The notes under the pieces were generated by a model. It saw nothing but the letters and a program-made list of their open reading frames with translations. It was not told the origin of the DNA and did not search any database. A stretch of 64,000 nt of DNA. It comes from an uncultured delta proteobacterium. GTDB taxonomy: Bacteria; Myxococcota_A; Polyangia; Polyangiales; Polyangiaceae. Both the position numbers and the translations under genes were made by a program. The number at the start of each line of letters is the position of its first letter. Position 1 is the stretch's first letter. Of the stretch, positions 10,701 to 19,946 are shown piece by piece. Location: NCBI GenBank assembly GCA_963782055.1, contig CAWAIF010000003.1, positions 3,264,001 through 3,328,000 of the forward strand, given 5' to 3'.

Positions 10701-13700
10701 CCTGGACCTGGGGCTGGAGGACGAGGCCATCTCCGCGCTGGAGCACCTCTACGCGGCGCGCGGGCGCTGGGGCGATCTCGTCGGGCTCTACGAGCGGCAG
10801 ATCGGGCAGGACCCGCCGGACGAGAAGAAGGCGAACCTGCACCAGTCGCTCGGCAGCGTCGCGCGGGAGCACATGCTCGACCACGAGCGCGCGTTCGAGG
10901 AGTACGAGGCGGCGCTCAAGCTGGACGCGCAGCACGCCGCCACGGTGACGGCGCTCGAGGGGCTCATGAAGGAGCCGGAGTACGCCGCGCGCGCCGCGGA
11001 GATGCTGGAGGGCGTCTACCTCGCGCGGCTGGACTGGCGCAACGTGATGGCGACGATCGAGGCGCGCCTCACCGCGACGCAGGACATCGACGAGCGGCGA
11101 CAGCTGCTGCGCCGCCTTGCCAAGCTCCACGAGGAGCAAGAGGAGAACTACCTCGCGGCGCTGGAGACGACGGCCAAGCTCCTGGCCGAGGACGTCACCG
11201 ACGAGGGCACGTGGAACGAGCTGGAGCGGCTGGCGCGCGTGGCCAACGCCACCGGCCGGCTGGCGGAGGTCTTCGCCGGCGAGCTGGCGAAGGTCACCGC
11301 CGACGAGCCCGCGACGGCGCAGCTCGCGCGGCGCACCGGCGAGCTGTTCGAGACGCAGAAGGACACCGACCGCGCGCTGGAGTTCTACCGCCGCGCGTAC
11401 GCCTTCGACCCGGAGGAGTCGAGCGGCGTCTTCGAGGCGATCGACCGCCTGCTGCGGGAGGCGAACCGCCCGAAGGATCGCGTCGCGCTCTACCGCGAGG
11501 CGCTGGAGTACCGCAACGACCCGGCGGACCGCCTGACGACGCTCCACACCATCGCGCTGCTGGAGGAGTCGGAGCTCTCCGACGACGACGCCGCCATCGA
11601 GACCTACCGCGCGGCGCTCGACCTGGACGAGGCCGACACGCACTCGCTGGAGGCGCTCTCGCGCCTGTACGCCCGCCGCGGGCGTTACAAGGACCTGGCC
11701 GAGCTCACGCGCCGCCGCGCCGAGCAGGCCGCCCTGCCGGAGGACGAGGCCCGCTTCCGCTACGAGCTGGGGCAGCTCCTGCAGAACCGCCTGGACGATC
11801 AGACCGGCGCCATCGACGAGTACCAGACCGTGGTGGAGCTCCTGCCGCCCGGCTCCGGGTCGGAGGCCTCCGGCTCCGCCGTGAAGGCGATGGAGCAGCT
11901 CCTCGAGAAGGAGGAGCACAAGGCGCGCATCATCGAGATCCTCCGGCCCATCTACGAGCGCGCCGACGACTGGAAGCACCTGGTCCACGTCAACGAGGAG
12001 CGCCTGGCGCTGGCCGACGACGACCACGAGAAGGTCTCCATCCTGCGGGAGACGGCCAAGCTCTGGGAGGACAGGGGAGAGGATCGCGAGCGCGCCTTCG
12101 TGGCCGTGCGCGACGCCTTCGTGCTCGACCCCGACGACGGCGAGTCGCGCGAGGAGCTGGATCGCCTCGCCGAGGCCACCGGTCGCTGGGACGAGCTCGC
12201 CGAGGCCTACGAGCGCGGCATCGAGCGCACCGAGGACTTCGGCAAGCGCGATCTGCTGGGTGCGCTCGCCCGGCTGCACGACCAGAAGCGCGACGACCCG
12301 CGCCGCGCCCTCGAGGCCTACGATCGCGTCTTCCACCTGGACGAGAGCGACATCGAGCCGCTTGAGGCGATGGACGACCTCGCCACCCTGCTCTCCGACT
12401 GGTCGACGCTGGTGCGCGTGCTCGCCAAGAAGGCGGAGCTGGAGAACGACGACACCGAGCGCGCGAGCACCTGGCGGCGCATCGGCGAGGCGCGCCGGGA
12501 CATGCTGGAGGACGCGCCGGGCGCCATCGAGGCCTACGAGCGCGCGCTGGAGCTCGAGCCGGACAGCGCCTCGACGCTGGATCACCTCATCGGCCTCTAC
12601 GAACAGAAGAACGACGCGGCCCGGCTGGTGGACCTGTACCGCCGTCGCATCGAGATCGCCGGCGAGGAGGACCAGGATCTCAAGTACCGCCTGCTGGTGG
12701 AGGCCGCCAACCGCTACGAGTTCGGCCTCAACGACCGGCGGGAGGCCATCGCCCTGCTGGGCGAGGCGCTCGGCGTCCGCCCCGGCGACGCGGAGGTGAT
12801 GCGCCGGCTGGAGGAGCTCTACGCGGCCGAGAAGATGTGGCCGGAGCTGCTCGACAACCTGCGCCTCTCCGCGGCGCAGGCGACCGACGAGGACGTGCGC
12901 CGCACGCTGAAGAAGCGCATCGGCGCCCTGCTCGCGGGGGAGCTGGAGGACCCGCAGCAGGCCCTGGAGGCCTACCGCGAGGTGCTGGAGCGCGGCTTCG
13001 ACGACGAGGCCGCCAAAGCCGTGCGCGACCTGGGCGAGAGCCGCGAGGAGCTGCGCGCCGACGCCGCCGACGCGCTGGAGCCGGTGATGCGCAGCGCCGA
13101 GCGCCACCAGGAGCTCGCCGACGTCCTGGAGATGCGCCTGCGCGCGCAGACCGACCCGCAGGACCGCGCGCGTACGCTGCGCGCCATCGCCGAGGTGGCG
13201 GAGGGGCCGCTCTCCGACGCGCAGCGCGCCCAGGACGCCCTGCTGCGCGCGCTGGTGGAGGAGCCGGGCGACGCCCAGCTCCACGCCGACATCGAGCGCC
13301 TCTCGGAGAAGCTCGGCAAGGACGGCTGGTCGCGCTACGCCGACTCCCTCGCGGATCGCGCGGGCGCCATCTTCGACGCCGAGGTCACCACCGACCTCTT
13401 CAACCGCCTGGGCCGCATCGCCGAGACGCAGCTGGCGGACGACGCGCGCGCCGCCAAGGCGTTCGTGCAGGCCGCCGAGCAGTCCGGCGACAACCCGGAG
13501 GTGCTCGCCTCGCTGGACAGGCTCTTCTCCCGCCTGGGCGACGCCAAGAGCCTCGCCGACGTGCTCGAGCGCCGCGTCGGCGTGGAGGCGGACGCCGCCG
13601 CGCAGGCGGAGCTGACCTTCCGCCTCGCCAGCCTGCAGATCAAGGAGTTCGGCGAGAAGCAGCGCGGCCTGTCCACGCTGCGCTCGGCGCTGGAGCGCGT

Positions 13701-16014
13701 GCCCGACCACGCCGCCAGCCGCGAGGCGCTGGAGGCGCTGCTGGACGACGATGCCCTCTTCCAGGACGCCTTCGAGGCGCTGGAGTGGGTGTACCGCACC
13801 CTCGGCAAGGGCGAGGATCTCGCCAAGCTCTACGAGCGCCGGGTGGCCCGCGCCCGCGACTCCCGCGAGCGCATCCGCAGCCGCCTGGATCTCGCCCGCG
13901 TGCTGGACGAGCAGGTCCACGATTCGCCGCGCGCGCAGCGCGTCGTGGAGCAGGCCCTCGCCGAGGATCCCTCCGACCCCGACGCGCTGGACGAGCTGGA
14001 GCGCCTCGCGCCCATCACCAGCGGGTGGAAGGAGGCGGCGGACGCCCTGGCGGCCGCCCTCTCCGCCGAGAACGACGTCCCCACCGCCACGCGCACCGAG
14101 CTCTGGGTGAAGGTGGCGTCGTGGCGGCGCGACAAGCTGGAAGACGCGCGCGGGGCGGAGGACGCATTCGTCGCCGCTCGCAAGCTGGACCCCGACAGCG
14201 TCGAGGTCATCCGCGCGCTGGAGGACCTGCAGCGCGCGCCCGGCCGCGAGCGCGAGCTCATCGACACCCTGCGCGCTCGCGCCAAGGTGGAGACCGATCT
14301 GGACCAGAAACGCCAGATCCTGCGCGAGGCCAAGGCGCTCGCGGAGGGGACCGTGGGCGATCCCGCGCTCGCCGAGGCCGTCCTGCGCGATCTGCTCGTC
14401 GAGGACGAGGCGGATCTCTGGGCGCTGGAGGAGCTGGGGCGGCTGCGCGAGCAGGCCGGCGCCTGGGACGACGTGACGAAGCTGCTGCTGCGCCGCGCGG
14501 AGCTGGAGATGGACGGCCACACCGTCGCCGAGCTTCGCCACCGCGCCGCCGCCGTGCTGCGCGACGAGGTGAAGGACGCCGACCGCGCCATCGCCCTCTA
14601 CGAGGAGATCTTCGAGGCGAACCGCGACGACGACGATCGCGCGGCCAAGGCGCTGCGCGCGCTGTACGCCGAGCACGGCAAGAACAAGGAGCTGGCGCGC
14701 CTGCTCTCCACGCTGGTGGAGATGGCCGGCTCGGAGGAGCAGCGCTCCACCCTGCGCGTGGAGCTGGCGCGCCTGCAGGACACCATGGGGGACACGCAGC
14801 AGGCGATCGACACCCTGCGCGGCGTGCTGGAGGAGAAGAAGGGCCACGCCGAGGCGGTGGTCGCCCTCTCCGAGCTGCTGGAGAAGAGCGGCAAGGACGA
14901 CGAGCTGGCGGACCTGCTCCAGGGCCAGCTCAAGGATGCGCGCGAGCGCGGGGATCTGCCCGCCGAGCTGGCGCTGCAGGTGCGGCTGGGGGAGGTCTTC
15001 GAGAACCGCCTCAAGGACACCACCAAGGCGCTCGCCACCTTCGAGGCCGTCCTGGAGCGGGAGCCCACCCACCGCGCGGCGCTCGAGGCCGTGGCCAGGC
15101 TCTGCGAGGGCCGGGCGATGTGGGACCGCGCGGCCGAGGCCCTCTCCAAGCTGGTGGAGGCGACGACGGAGCCGGCGGACGGCGTCGCGCTCGCCCTGCG
15201 ACTGGCCAAGGCGCGCGAGGCGCTGGGGGACGACGCCGGCGCGCTGGCCGCCCTGCAGGCTGCGCTGCGCTTCGACTCCAAGAACGCGGAGGTGCGCGAC
15301 GGCCTGCGCGCGCGCTACGAGAAGGCGAAGAAGTGGACGGAGCTGGCCGAGCTCCTGACGGAGGACGCCAACTTCCTGGAGGACGAGTCCCCCGGGGAGG
15401 AGAAGCCGGCGGCTGCGGTCACGCAGATCGTCAAGCTCCTGCGGCGAGCCGCGGAGATCCACGTGGGCGAGCGCGGCGCGCCCGGGGAAGCGGTGCCGCT
15501 GCTCGAGCGCGCCTCCTCCTACGTGCCGCAGGACCGCGAGCTGCTCCTGCTCCTTTGCGACGCCTACACCGCCTCCGGGCGCGAGAAGGCGGCGGCGGAG
15601 GCGCTGGAGAAGGTGATCGCCTCCTTCGGCGGAAAGCGCTCCAAGGAGCTGTCCATCTACCACCACCGCCTGGGCCGTGCGCACGCCGCCATGGGCGACT
15701 CGGCGTCCGCGCTCACGCAGTACGATCTGGCCTTCCGCATCGACCCCGGGTCGGTCCCGGTGCTGCGCGATCTGGGCGTGCTCTCGATGGAGTCCGGCGA
15801 CCTGGATCGCGCGCAGAAGAGCTTCCGCGCGCTGCTGCTGCAGAAGCTCGACCCGACGTCGGGTCTGAGCAAGGCCGAGGTCTTCTATTACCTGGGCGAG
15901 GTGAGCTTCAAGCAGGGCGACCAGAAGAAGGCGGTGCAGATGCTGGAGCGCGCGCTGGAGAACGACTCCGGGCTGGAGAAGGCCAAGGCGCGCCTCGGCG
16001 AGATCAAGGGGTAG
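4714..16014 (+). CDS. Giant (3766 aa) TPR-repeat protein, AgmK/GltI-like
   Basis: Continuous helical TPR-like repeats (A..AY..VL..DP....A...L.RLY.....W..L) over 11.3 kb with strong GC3 bias. Size and pattern resemble myxobacterial gliding protein AgmK/GltI; orthology not established. Confidence 0.85.
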   Translation: MSSASMIRTALGQLQDDPDNEQAYLDLKNALAEGPVEGMSADEVRSLLGSARRAHEMRREYDAVASLLELEVLLAQGADAEAPLLAELARVVDEELFDDARAADFYKRILTLTPSDQAAEEALERSDAKRSKWNNLVVRYVEEAGAAGEPTFKSSLLVSAAEVAYRYGRAAVAGEKGAKKKLAALNQEIVSRLKEALDIDPKSRRAGALLERIYREAERWDDLASLLERVATEASAKEEKTAGFVRLARVLTKKLGSPERAVAAYERVLDLSPGQSEAVSFLVDFFTAKEMWDHLVALYEEQLAASAKTGQQDVGAVLQVAMVHWKMRGKPEAAEPYFEKLRKAEPAHPGMLGFFRELLGQRGDHLRLVQILTDAQRALPDGFARSQIATELAKLAEEGANATKAIEQWRAILRQDPGHQEARDALKRLYRETGGWNHLVDLLRGELEKVGAEDTARLPVLREVAGIYREHVKNDSSLVSVLTQITTLDPTDAEAYRELVRVYDALGRVRDLLAAQSKLAEIEEEPSVRAELYRQVARRWLDQFSNVQNAIEGFEKLHETAPDDREAIDRLKELYAKRRAYKPLFDLLEHEAAAMGAGPERRELWQEMAKLAADRLDRGPDAVRLYKQVIDEDPGATAALDALEKQAERDKDYATVAEVLERRVEGAEDDLAKLAVLQKLGAIYSERLSDHAGAMRTWQRVLQLSPGHPKALRVLRDSYLATADYDGLTDLFAASSDWEGLAEVLSNAADRATDAAAKVELSYRAADVYEQRISAPERAFRAYERVLSVRPDDERAARALIPLYENDEKWARLPVLYEVLFGHAASEQDKLQILDKLVDITGENLQDRAAAFRYAQRAYELAPGREDALARFETAAVRSGEWPAFVAAVEARLGQKKLPKEEKRALKAKIAETYATQLGRVDEAVAAYKALVEEDEQDEEAMATLDRILRSADRREDLRWLYELRVTRANTSAKLELLSEWATIEEEALGAPDRAIALHRRVLEIVPQHGRSLRALSRLLQGSGDAEEAAAMLLRDRDQREGKERAQREIELARLYMGSLKQPNEALEAIKRALELVPGDAVAVGVLEELLSVAETRAKAAALLEKHYGESGEGEKRAQVIEVLIATAAAKGDRLDLYNRLIEVQEGLGNTEAAFDVGVRATDEFPGDLPTWDRLSVLANRTGRMQAFVDALTRAVPLDGSTNLSASVEVDLAERIATLHDDMGELDRARPYLERVLARDPANERAFGRLKQILTSLERWEDLEALYERAVNGAPDPVRQAELLAEVALVAEEITGDHPKAIQYYERILEIDPLHDQATRALETLYALQDRWDNLGALLTRRLEGAVGEEALGLRLRLGKLYSLQLNDPEAAHEHLDAVLQADPESRDARELVEKSLELPALRARAAVTLETVYVAQDAWRDLVRVLEVRTETAENDEDRAELLRRIAELQDDRLNEDVSALDTYAKLVPLAPDDERARTRLMEIARRVGAHEQAAEVLAKAAAVASSPQPKGEILMAVARIYEDLLDDSTKAEAVFRQVLEIDGGDATLQLPAARALERIYAAADRPKDVAQMIRTLVKLEDDADARRELWGRLGELCETSLDDAAGAIEAWRARLDDDPGDEQALAALDRLYERTGDHKALVEILRAREHVATDGDARKTFMTRLAVTLAEKLSDVNEAILAYRAVLDDFGAERAVLGPLAQLYEVSDRWDDLAETLEADLAMADAPADRLVLLARLGEVRAGKLSDLDGALEAYRQALTLEPSHAESRKALEALLDDENARRDAAQILRPLYEADGENGKLLRVLDIEAAHADSPIETLAILAQAVVVAEQSLSDVSKAFDYSARGLEEAVAEAELPQWLERTERLAEASGRHADFVGLLKKVAPEILDENVQLDVMLKVAELARTKVMSADDAREYYEKALAIRGDDRRALQALEELYAEKGDHPALLDILKRRAESAEEPEDRKTFLYKQAKLCDEALGDQAAAIDTYEQILDLGLEDEAISALEHLYAARGRWGDLVGLYERQIGQDPPDEKKANLHQSLGSVAREHMLDHERAFEEYEAALKLDAQHAATVTALEGLMKEPEYAARAAEMLEGVYLARLDWRNVMATIEARLTATQDIDERRQLLRRLAKLHEEQEENYLAALETTAKLLAEDVTDEGTWNELERLARVANATGRLAEVFAGELAKVTADEPATAQLARRTGELFETQKDTDRALEFYRRAYAFDPEESSGVFEAIDRLLREANRPKDRVALYREALEYRNDPADRLTTLHTIALLEESELSDDDAAIETYRAALDLDEADTHSLEALSRLYARRGRYKDLAELTRRRAEQAALPEDEARFRYELGQLLQNRLDDQTGAIDEYQTVVELLPPGSGSEASGSAVKAMEQLLEKEEHKARIIEILRPIYERADDWKHLVHVNEERLALADDDHEKVSILRETAKLWEDRGEDRERAFVAVRDAFVLDPDDGESREELDRLAEATGRWDELAEAYERGIERTEDFGKRDLLGALARLHDQKRDDPRRALEAYDRVFHLDESDIEPLEAMDDLATLLSDWSTLVRVLAKKAELENDDTERASTWRRIGEARRDMLEDAPGAIEAYERALELEPDSASTLDHLIGLYEQKNDAARLVDLYRRRIEIAGEEDQDLKYRLLVEAANRYEFGLNDRREAIALLGEALGVRPGDAEVMRRLEELYAAEKMWPELLDNLRLSAAQATDEDVRRTLKKRIGALLAGELEDPQQALEAYREVLERGFDDEAAKAVRDLGESREELRADAADALEPVMRSAERHQELADVLEMRLRAQTDPQDRARTLRAIAEVAEGPLSDAQRAQDALLRALVEEPGDAQLHADIERLSEKLGKDGWSRYADSLADRAGAIFDAEVTTDLFNRLGRIAETQLADDARAAKAFVQAAEQSGDNPEVLASLDRLFSRLGDAKSLADVLERRVGVEADAAAQAELTFRLASLQIKEFGEKQRGLSTLRSALERVPDHAASREALEALLDDDALFQDAFEALEWVYRTLGKGEDLAKLYERRVARARDSRERIRSRLDLARVLDEQVHDSPRAQRVVEQALAEDPSDPDALDELERLAPITSGWKEAADALAAALSAENDVPTATRTELWVKVASWRRDKLEDARGAEDAFVAARKLDPDSVEVIRALEDLQRAPGRERELIDTLRARAKVETDLDQKRQILREAKALAEGTVGDPALAEAVLRDLLVEDEADLWALEELGRLREQAGAWDDVTKLLLRRAELEMDGHTVAELRHRAAAVLRDEVKDADRAIALYEEIFEANRDDDDRAAKALRALYAEHGKNKELARLLSTLVEMAGSEEQRSTLRVELARLQDTMGDTQQAIDTLRGVLEEKKGHAEAVVALSELLEKSGKDDELADLLQGQLKDARERGDLPAELALQVRLGEVFENRLKDTTKALATFEAVLEREPTHRAALEAVARLCEGRAMWDRAAEALSKLVEATTEPADGVALALRLAKAREALGDDAGALAALQAALRFDSKNAEVRDGLRARYEKAKKWTELAELLTEDANFLEDESPGEEKPAAAVTQIVKLLRRAAEIHVGERGAPGEAVPLLERASSYVPQDRELLLLLCDAYTASGREKAAAEALEKVIASFGGKRSKELSIYHHRLGRAHAAMGDSASALTQYDLAFRIDPGSVPVLRDLGVLSMESGDLDRAQKSFRALLLQKLDPTSGLSKAEVFYYLGEVSFKQGDQKKAVQMLERALENDSGLEKAKARLGEIKG

Positions 16015-16020
16015 CGGGCC

Positions 16021-16662
16021 GTGCGGCGGGCGCTCGGCGCGCTGCTGGCGCTCGTCGCGCGGGTGTGGGTGGCCACCCTGCGGGTGCGCGTCGAGGCGCA
16101 CCCGGCGCTCGTTCGCGTCCGTGACCGGCGCTGGGTGCTCGCCTTCTGGCACGGCACGCAGCTCGCGCTGCAGGCGCTGCCGCGGCGCGGGCGGACGGCG
16201 GTGATGGTGAGCCTCTCCCGCGACGGCGACATGCAGGCGGTGGCGCTCCGCCTGCTCGGCTTCCAGGTGGTGCGCGGCTCGACCTCGCGCGGGGGCGTGC
16301 GGGCGCTCGCGGCGCTCGTCCGCGCGATGCGCGGCGGCGCCGACGCCGTGTTCGCCGTGGACGGCCCGCGCGGTCCGTACGGCGTCCCCAAGCCGGGTGC
16401 GGTGTCCGCCGCGCGGCTGGCCGGAGGCGTGGTGGTGCCGGCGGGGTGCGCGGCGGCGCGCGCCAGGGTGCTCTCGAAGACGTGGGACCGCTTCGTGCTC
16501 CCGCTGCCCTTCACGCGGGTGCGCATCGTGCTCGGGGCGCCCATCGAGCCGGAGGAGGGCGCGCTCGGGCGGGTGGGGGAGGCGATCGCCGAGTGCAACG
16601 CGCGGGCGGCGTCGACGGCGGGCGAGGCGCCTGGCGCGGCGAGCTCGGTGCCGCTCGCATGA
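16021..16662 (+). CDS. DUF374 / lysophospholipid acyltransferase family protein
   Basis: AFWHG, VSLSRDGD, VRGSTSRGG, VDGPRGP, WDRFVLPLPF. Confidence 0.85.
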   Translation: MRRALGALLALVARVWVATLRVRVEAHPALVRVRDRRWVLAFWHGTQLALQALPRRGRTAVMVSLSRDGDMQAVALRLLGFQVVRGSTSRGGVRALAALVRAMRGGADAVFAVDGPRGPYGVPKPGAVSAARLAGGVVVPAGCAAARARVLSKTWDRFVLPLPFTRVRIVLGAPIEPEEGALGRVGEAIAECNARAASTAGEAPGAASSVPLA

Positions 16663-17522
16663 GCGTCACCTGGGTCGACGGCGCCCGGGCCGAGCGCGCC
16701 GTGCTCCCGGTGCGCGATCGCGCCGTGCTGCTCGGCGATTCGGTGTTCGAGGTGCTGCGGGCGTACCGCGGAGCGCCCTTCGCCCTGCGCGAGCACCTGG
16801 ACCGCCTGGCGCGATCGGCGGGGGCGGTGCGCATCGGCCTGCCCGCCGGTGTGGAGGCTCTGGAGCAGGAGGTGCGGGCGGCGGTGGCGGCCTTCGGCGC
16901 GGCGCAGGACGCCATGGTGCGCGTGGTGCTCACGCGCGGCGAGCTGGCGCTCGGGGCGCGACTGGGCGGCCCAGCAGGCGCCAGGGTGGTGCTGGTCGAT
17001 CCGGTGCGCGCCCCGCCCGCGGAGCTCTACGCCCGCGGCGCCGCGGCGTCGGTGATCGCCTGGCCGGTGGTGGACCCGCGCGAGCCCGCGGCGGGCGCCA
17101 AGTACGCGCGCTACCTGCCCCGGCTGCTGGCGCTGGACGACGCGCGGGCGCGCGGCGCGGACGAGGCGCTGCTCTGCGACGGCGAGGGGCGCGTCGTGGA
17201 GGGCGCCACGTCCAACGTGATGGCCGTGGTGGGGGGCGCGCTCGTCACCCCGCCCGCAAGCGCGGGGATCCTCGCGGGGATCACGCGCGCGCACGTGCTG
17301 GACCTCGCGCGCGCGGGCGGGATGGATGTGCGCGAGGAGCCGCTCCACGCCGACCTGCTGGCGGCCGCGAGCGAGCTGATGATCACCTCCAGCCTGCGCG
17401 AGGTGCTCCCTGTGGCGCGAGTGGACGGGCGGCCGGTGGGCGGCGGGCAGGTGGGGCCGGTGGCGCCGCGGCTGCGCGCGGCGCTCCGCGCGAGGGCGGG
17501 CGCCTCGGATCAGACGGCGTGA
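16659..17522 (+). CDS. PLP-dependent aminotransferase class IV (IlvE/PabC family)
   Basis: DR..LLGDSVFEVLR, HLDRL..SA, GAK (PLP lysine), VEGATSN, ILAGITR. ATGA overlap with the upstream gene. Confidence 0.88.
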   Translation: MSVTWVDGARAERAVLPVRDRAVLLGDSVFEVLRAYRGAPFALREHLDRLARSAGAVRIGLPAGVEALEQEVRAAVAAFGAAQDAMVRVVLTRGELALGARLGGPAGARVVLVDPVRAPPAELYARGAAASVIAWPVVDPREPAAGAKYARYLPRLLALDDARARGADEALLCDGEGRVVEGATSNVMAVVGGALVTPPASAGILAGITRAHVLDLARAGGMDVREEPLHADLLAAASELMITSSLREVLPVARVDGRPVGGGQVGPVAPRLRAALRARAGASDQTA

Positions 17523-17926
17523 CGCTCCAGGCCGGACGCCTGCGCGACGCGCACCTGGACGTCCGGCGGGTCGGCGAGCACCTTCTTCACCTTGCAGAGC
17601 GCGGCCACGCGCTGCACGGCGTCGCGGTACTTCTCCGGGAAGCCGGCGGGCAGGGCGATCTCCAGCTCCACGCCCGCCAGTCGCCCGGAGGCGTCGACGC
17701 GGTGGTGCTGCACGATCTCGATGCCCTCGGTGGAGATGCCGCGCGCCTGGCAGAAGCCGAGGACGTAGATCCCCGCGCAGGTGGCGAGCGAGGCGAGGAA
17801 CAGCTCGAAGGGGGCAGCCGCAGAGTCGTCGCCGCCTATGGCCGCGGGCTGGTCGGTGTGGACGACGTGGCCGCGGACCAGCGCGTCGACGCGCTTGCCT
17901 CCGGGAAAACGAACGTGAATGTCCAT
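17510..17926 (-). CDS. OsmC family protein
   Basis: TDQP...GG, PFELFLASLATCAG and a second Cys in ALCKVKK. Confidence 0.85.
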   Translation of the reverse strand: MDIHVRFPGGKRVDALVRGHVVHTDQPAAIGGDDSAAAPFELFLASLATCAGIYVLGFCQARGISTEGIEIVQHHRVDASGRLAGVELEIALPAGFPEKYRDAVQRVAALCKVKKVLADPPDVQVRVAQASGLERHAV

Positions 17927-18014
17927 GCTCGGAAGAGCCAGCGGCGAGACGCGAGGGTTCGGCGGGGCCTGACCATCGACGGCGCCTCACGCGTTTGGTA
18001 AGCCCTCACCTCCC

Positions 18015-19913
18015 GTGAGCTACCTCGTCCTGGCCCGCAAGTATCGCCCGCAGACGTTCGACGACCTGGTGGGGCAGGAGCACGTCGCCCGCACGCTGGG
18101 CAACGCCATCGAGGGCGGTCGCGTGGCGCACGCCTTCCTCTTCACGGGCGTGCGCGGCGTGGGCAAGACCACCAGCGCGCGCCTGCTGGCCAAGTGCCTC
18201 AACTGCCTGGGCGAGGACGGCAAGGCCACCGGGCCGCGCGTGGTGCCCTGCAACGTCTGCGCGGCGTGCAAGGAGATCGCGGCGGGCAACGACATCGACG
18301 TGCAGGAGATCGACGGCGCCAGCTACAACGGCGTCGACGAGGTGCGCCGCCTGCAGGAGGGCCTCGCCTTCCGCCCCGCGCGCGATCGCTTCAAGATCTT
18401 CATCGTGGACGAGGTCCACATGCTCTCCAACGCGGCGTGGAACGCCTTCCTCAAGACGCTGGAGGAGCCGCCGCCGCACGTGAAGTTCATCTTCGCGACG
18501 ACGGAGGTGCACAAGGTCCCGGTCACCATCCTGAGCCGTTGCCAGCGCTACGACTTCAAGCTCATCGGCACGCAGGTCATCGCCAAGCGCCTGGAGGAGG
18601 TCCTCGGAAACGAGAAGATCACCGCCGAGCCGGCGGCGGTGGCGGTGCTGGCGCGGGAGGCGGCGGGTTCGATGCGCGATGCGATGAGCCTGCTCGATCA
18701 GGTCATCGCCTTCAGCGGAGCCGAGCTCACGGCGGCGGACGTCACGCGCGTGCTGGGCGTGGCGGATCGCAAGGTGCTGCACGACCTCTGCCGCTCCCTG
18801 CTGGAGGGGGACGCGGCCGCCGCCCTGCGCACGGTGGACGGGCTGGCGACGCAGGGCTTCGATCTGGTGCACGTGGCCAAGGACCTGCTCGCCAGCTTCC
18901 GTAACCTGGTGGTGGCGAAGGTGTCGGGGGAGGCGGGGCGCGAGCTGCTGGACCTGGCGGACGAGGAGGTGGCGGACGTGCTCGCCCTCGCCCAGGGGAG
19001 CGAGGTGGACGACCTGCTTCGCCTCTTCAACGGCTTCTCCCGCGCCTACGACGACGTGGCGCGGAGCGGTCAGGCGCGGGCGGCGCTGGAGATGACCCTC
19101 GTGCGCCTGGCGCGCAGGCCGGCGCTGCTACCACTCGACGAGCTCCTCTCCCGGCTGGGGGATCTGGAGCGGCGCCTGGGGGGCGCGGCTCCGCCTCCGC
19201 GCGGGGGTGGGGGCGGATCGCGGGCGAGCGCCACGACGCACGTCACGGGCGGCTTCAGCACGCACGCGCCGGGGGTGGTGGAGCGCACGCGGGGCGCGCT
19301 CGCGCTGGCTCCCGCGCCGGTGCCCGTCGAGCCGTCGTCGCAGACGGCGCTGAAGGTGGACGAGGCGACGCCGGTCCCGCCGTCGGCGGAGCGCGACGCG
19401 CCGACGCCGCCGGTGGTACGTGCGGGGGGCGGCGCTTCGCCGGTGGAGGTGGGGGCAGGCGGGGCGGCGCGGGTCGATGTGGGCGCCGGCGTCGCCGCGC
19501 CAGCGGTCGCGGACCTCGGGGTGTGGCGCGCGGTGCTCGCGCACGTCCGGGAGGAGCGCCCTCCGATGGCGAGCGTGTTCGAGCACGCGGTCGTGCTCGA
19601 GCTGGGGCCGGAGCGGGTGCGCGTCGGCTACACGCAGGACGACTTTCTGGGCAGCCAGGCGGCGGAGCCGGAGGCGGTGGCGCTGCTCGCGCGGGCGGCG
19701 CGCGCGCACTTCGGGGCCGCGGTGGAGGTGCGCGTCGAGCAGAACGTGAAGGCGTCCAAGAGCGCGACCGTCTTCGCCATCGACTCGGCGCAGCGGCAAG
19801 CCGACCTCAAGAAGGCCCGGGCCGCGGTGGAAGGCCACCCGATGGTCAAGGCCGTGGTCGAGCTCTTCGGCGCCGAGATCCGCGAGGTCAAGCTCCCGAA
19901 GAGCGAGGAGTGA
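18015..19913 (+). CDS. dnaX: DNA polymerase III subunit gamma/tau
   Basis: LARKYRPQTF, Walker A GVRGVGKTT, Zn cysteines, DEVHML, SRC motif, Pro/Ala-rich linker. Confidence 0.97.
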   Translation: MSYLVLARKYRPQTFDDLVGQEHVARTLGNAIEGGRVAHAFLFTGVRGVGKTTSARLLAKCLNCLGEDGKATGPRVVPCNVCAACKEIAAGNDIDVQEIDGASYNGVDEVRRLQEGLAFRPARDRFKIFIVDEVHMLSNAAWNAFLKTLEEPPPHVKFIFATTEVHKVPVTILSRCQRYDFKLIGTQVIAKRLEEVLGNEKITAEPAAVAVLAREAAGSMRDAMSLLDQVIAFSGAELTAADVTRVLGVADRKVLHDLCRSLLEGDAAAALRTVDGLATQGFDLVHVAKDLLASFRNLVVAKVSGEAGRELLDLADEEVADVLALAQGSEVDDLLRLFNGFSRAYDDVARSGQARAALEMTLVRLARRPALLPLDELLSRLGDLERRLGGAAPPPRGGGGGSRASATTHVTGGFSTHAPGVVERTRGALALAPAPVPVEPSSQTALKVDEATPVPPSAERDAPTPPVVRAGGGASPVEVGAGGAARVDVGAGVAAPAVADLGVWRAVLAHVREERPPMASVFEHAVVLELGPERVRVGYTQDDFLGSQAAEPEAVALLARAARAHFGAAVEVRVEQNVKASKSATVFAIDSAQRQADLKKARAAVEGHPMVKAVVELFGAEIREVKLPKSEE

Positions 19914-19946
19914 GGTATCGTTACGCGTGCGGTCCGGAGGCTCGGC

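Noticed and set aside
4600..16152. 3850-aa antisense ORF opposite the giant TPR gene
   Set aside because: Shadow frame: strong GC3 bias on the sense strand removes antisense stops, and the translation has no recognisable motifs.
17927..18014. SRP RNA (ffs) or tRNA upstream of dnaX
   Set aside because: Only 88 bp, with no SRP or tRNA signature.
18015..19913. Programmed frameshift or slippage site in dnaX
   Set aside because: No A AAA AAG heptamer or long A-run seen.
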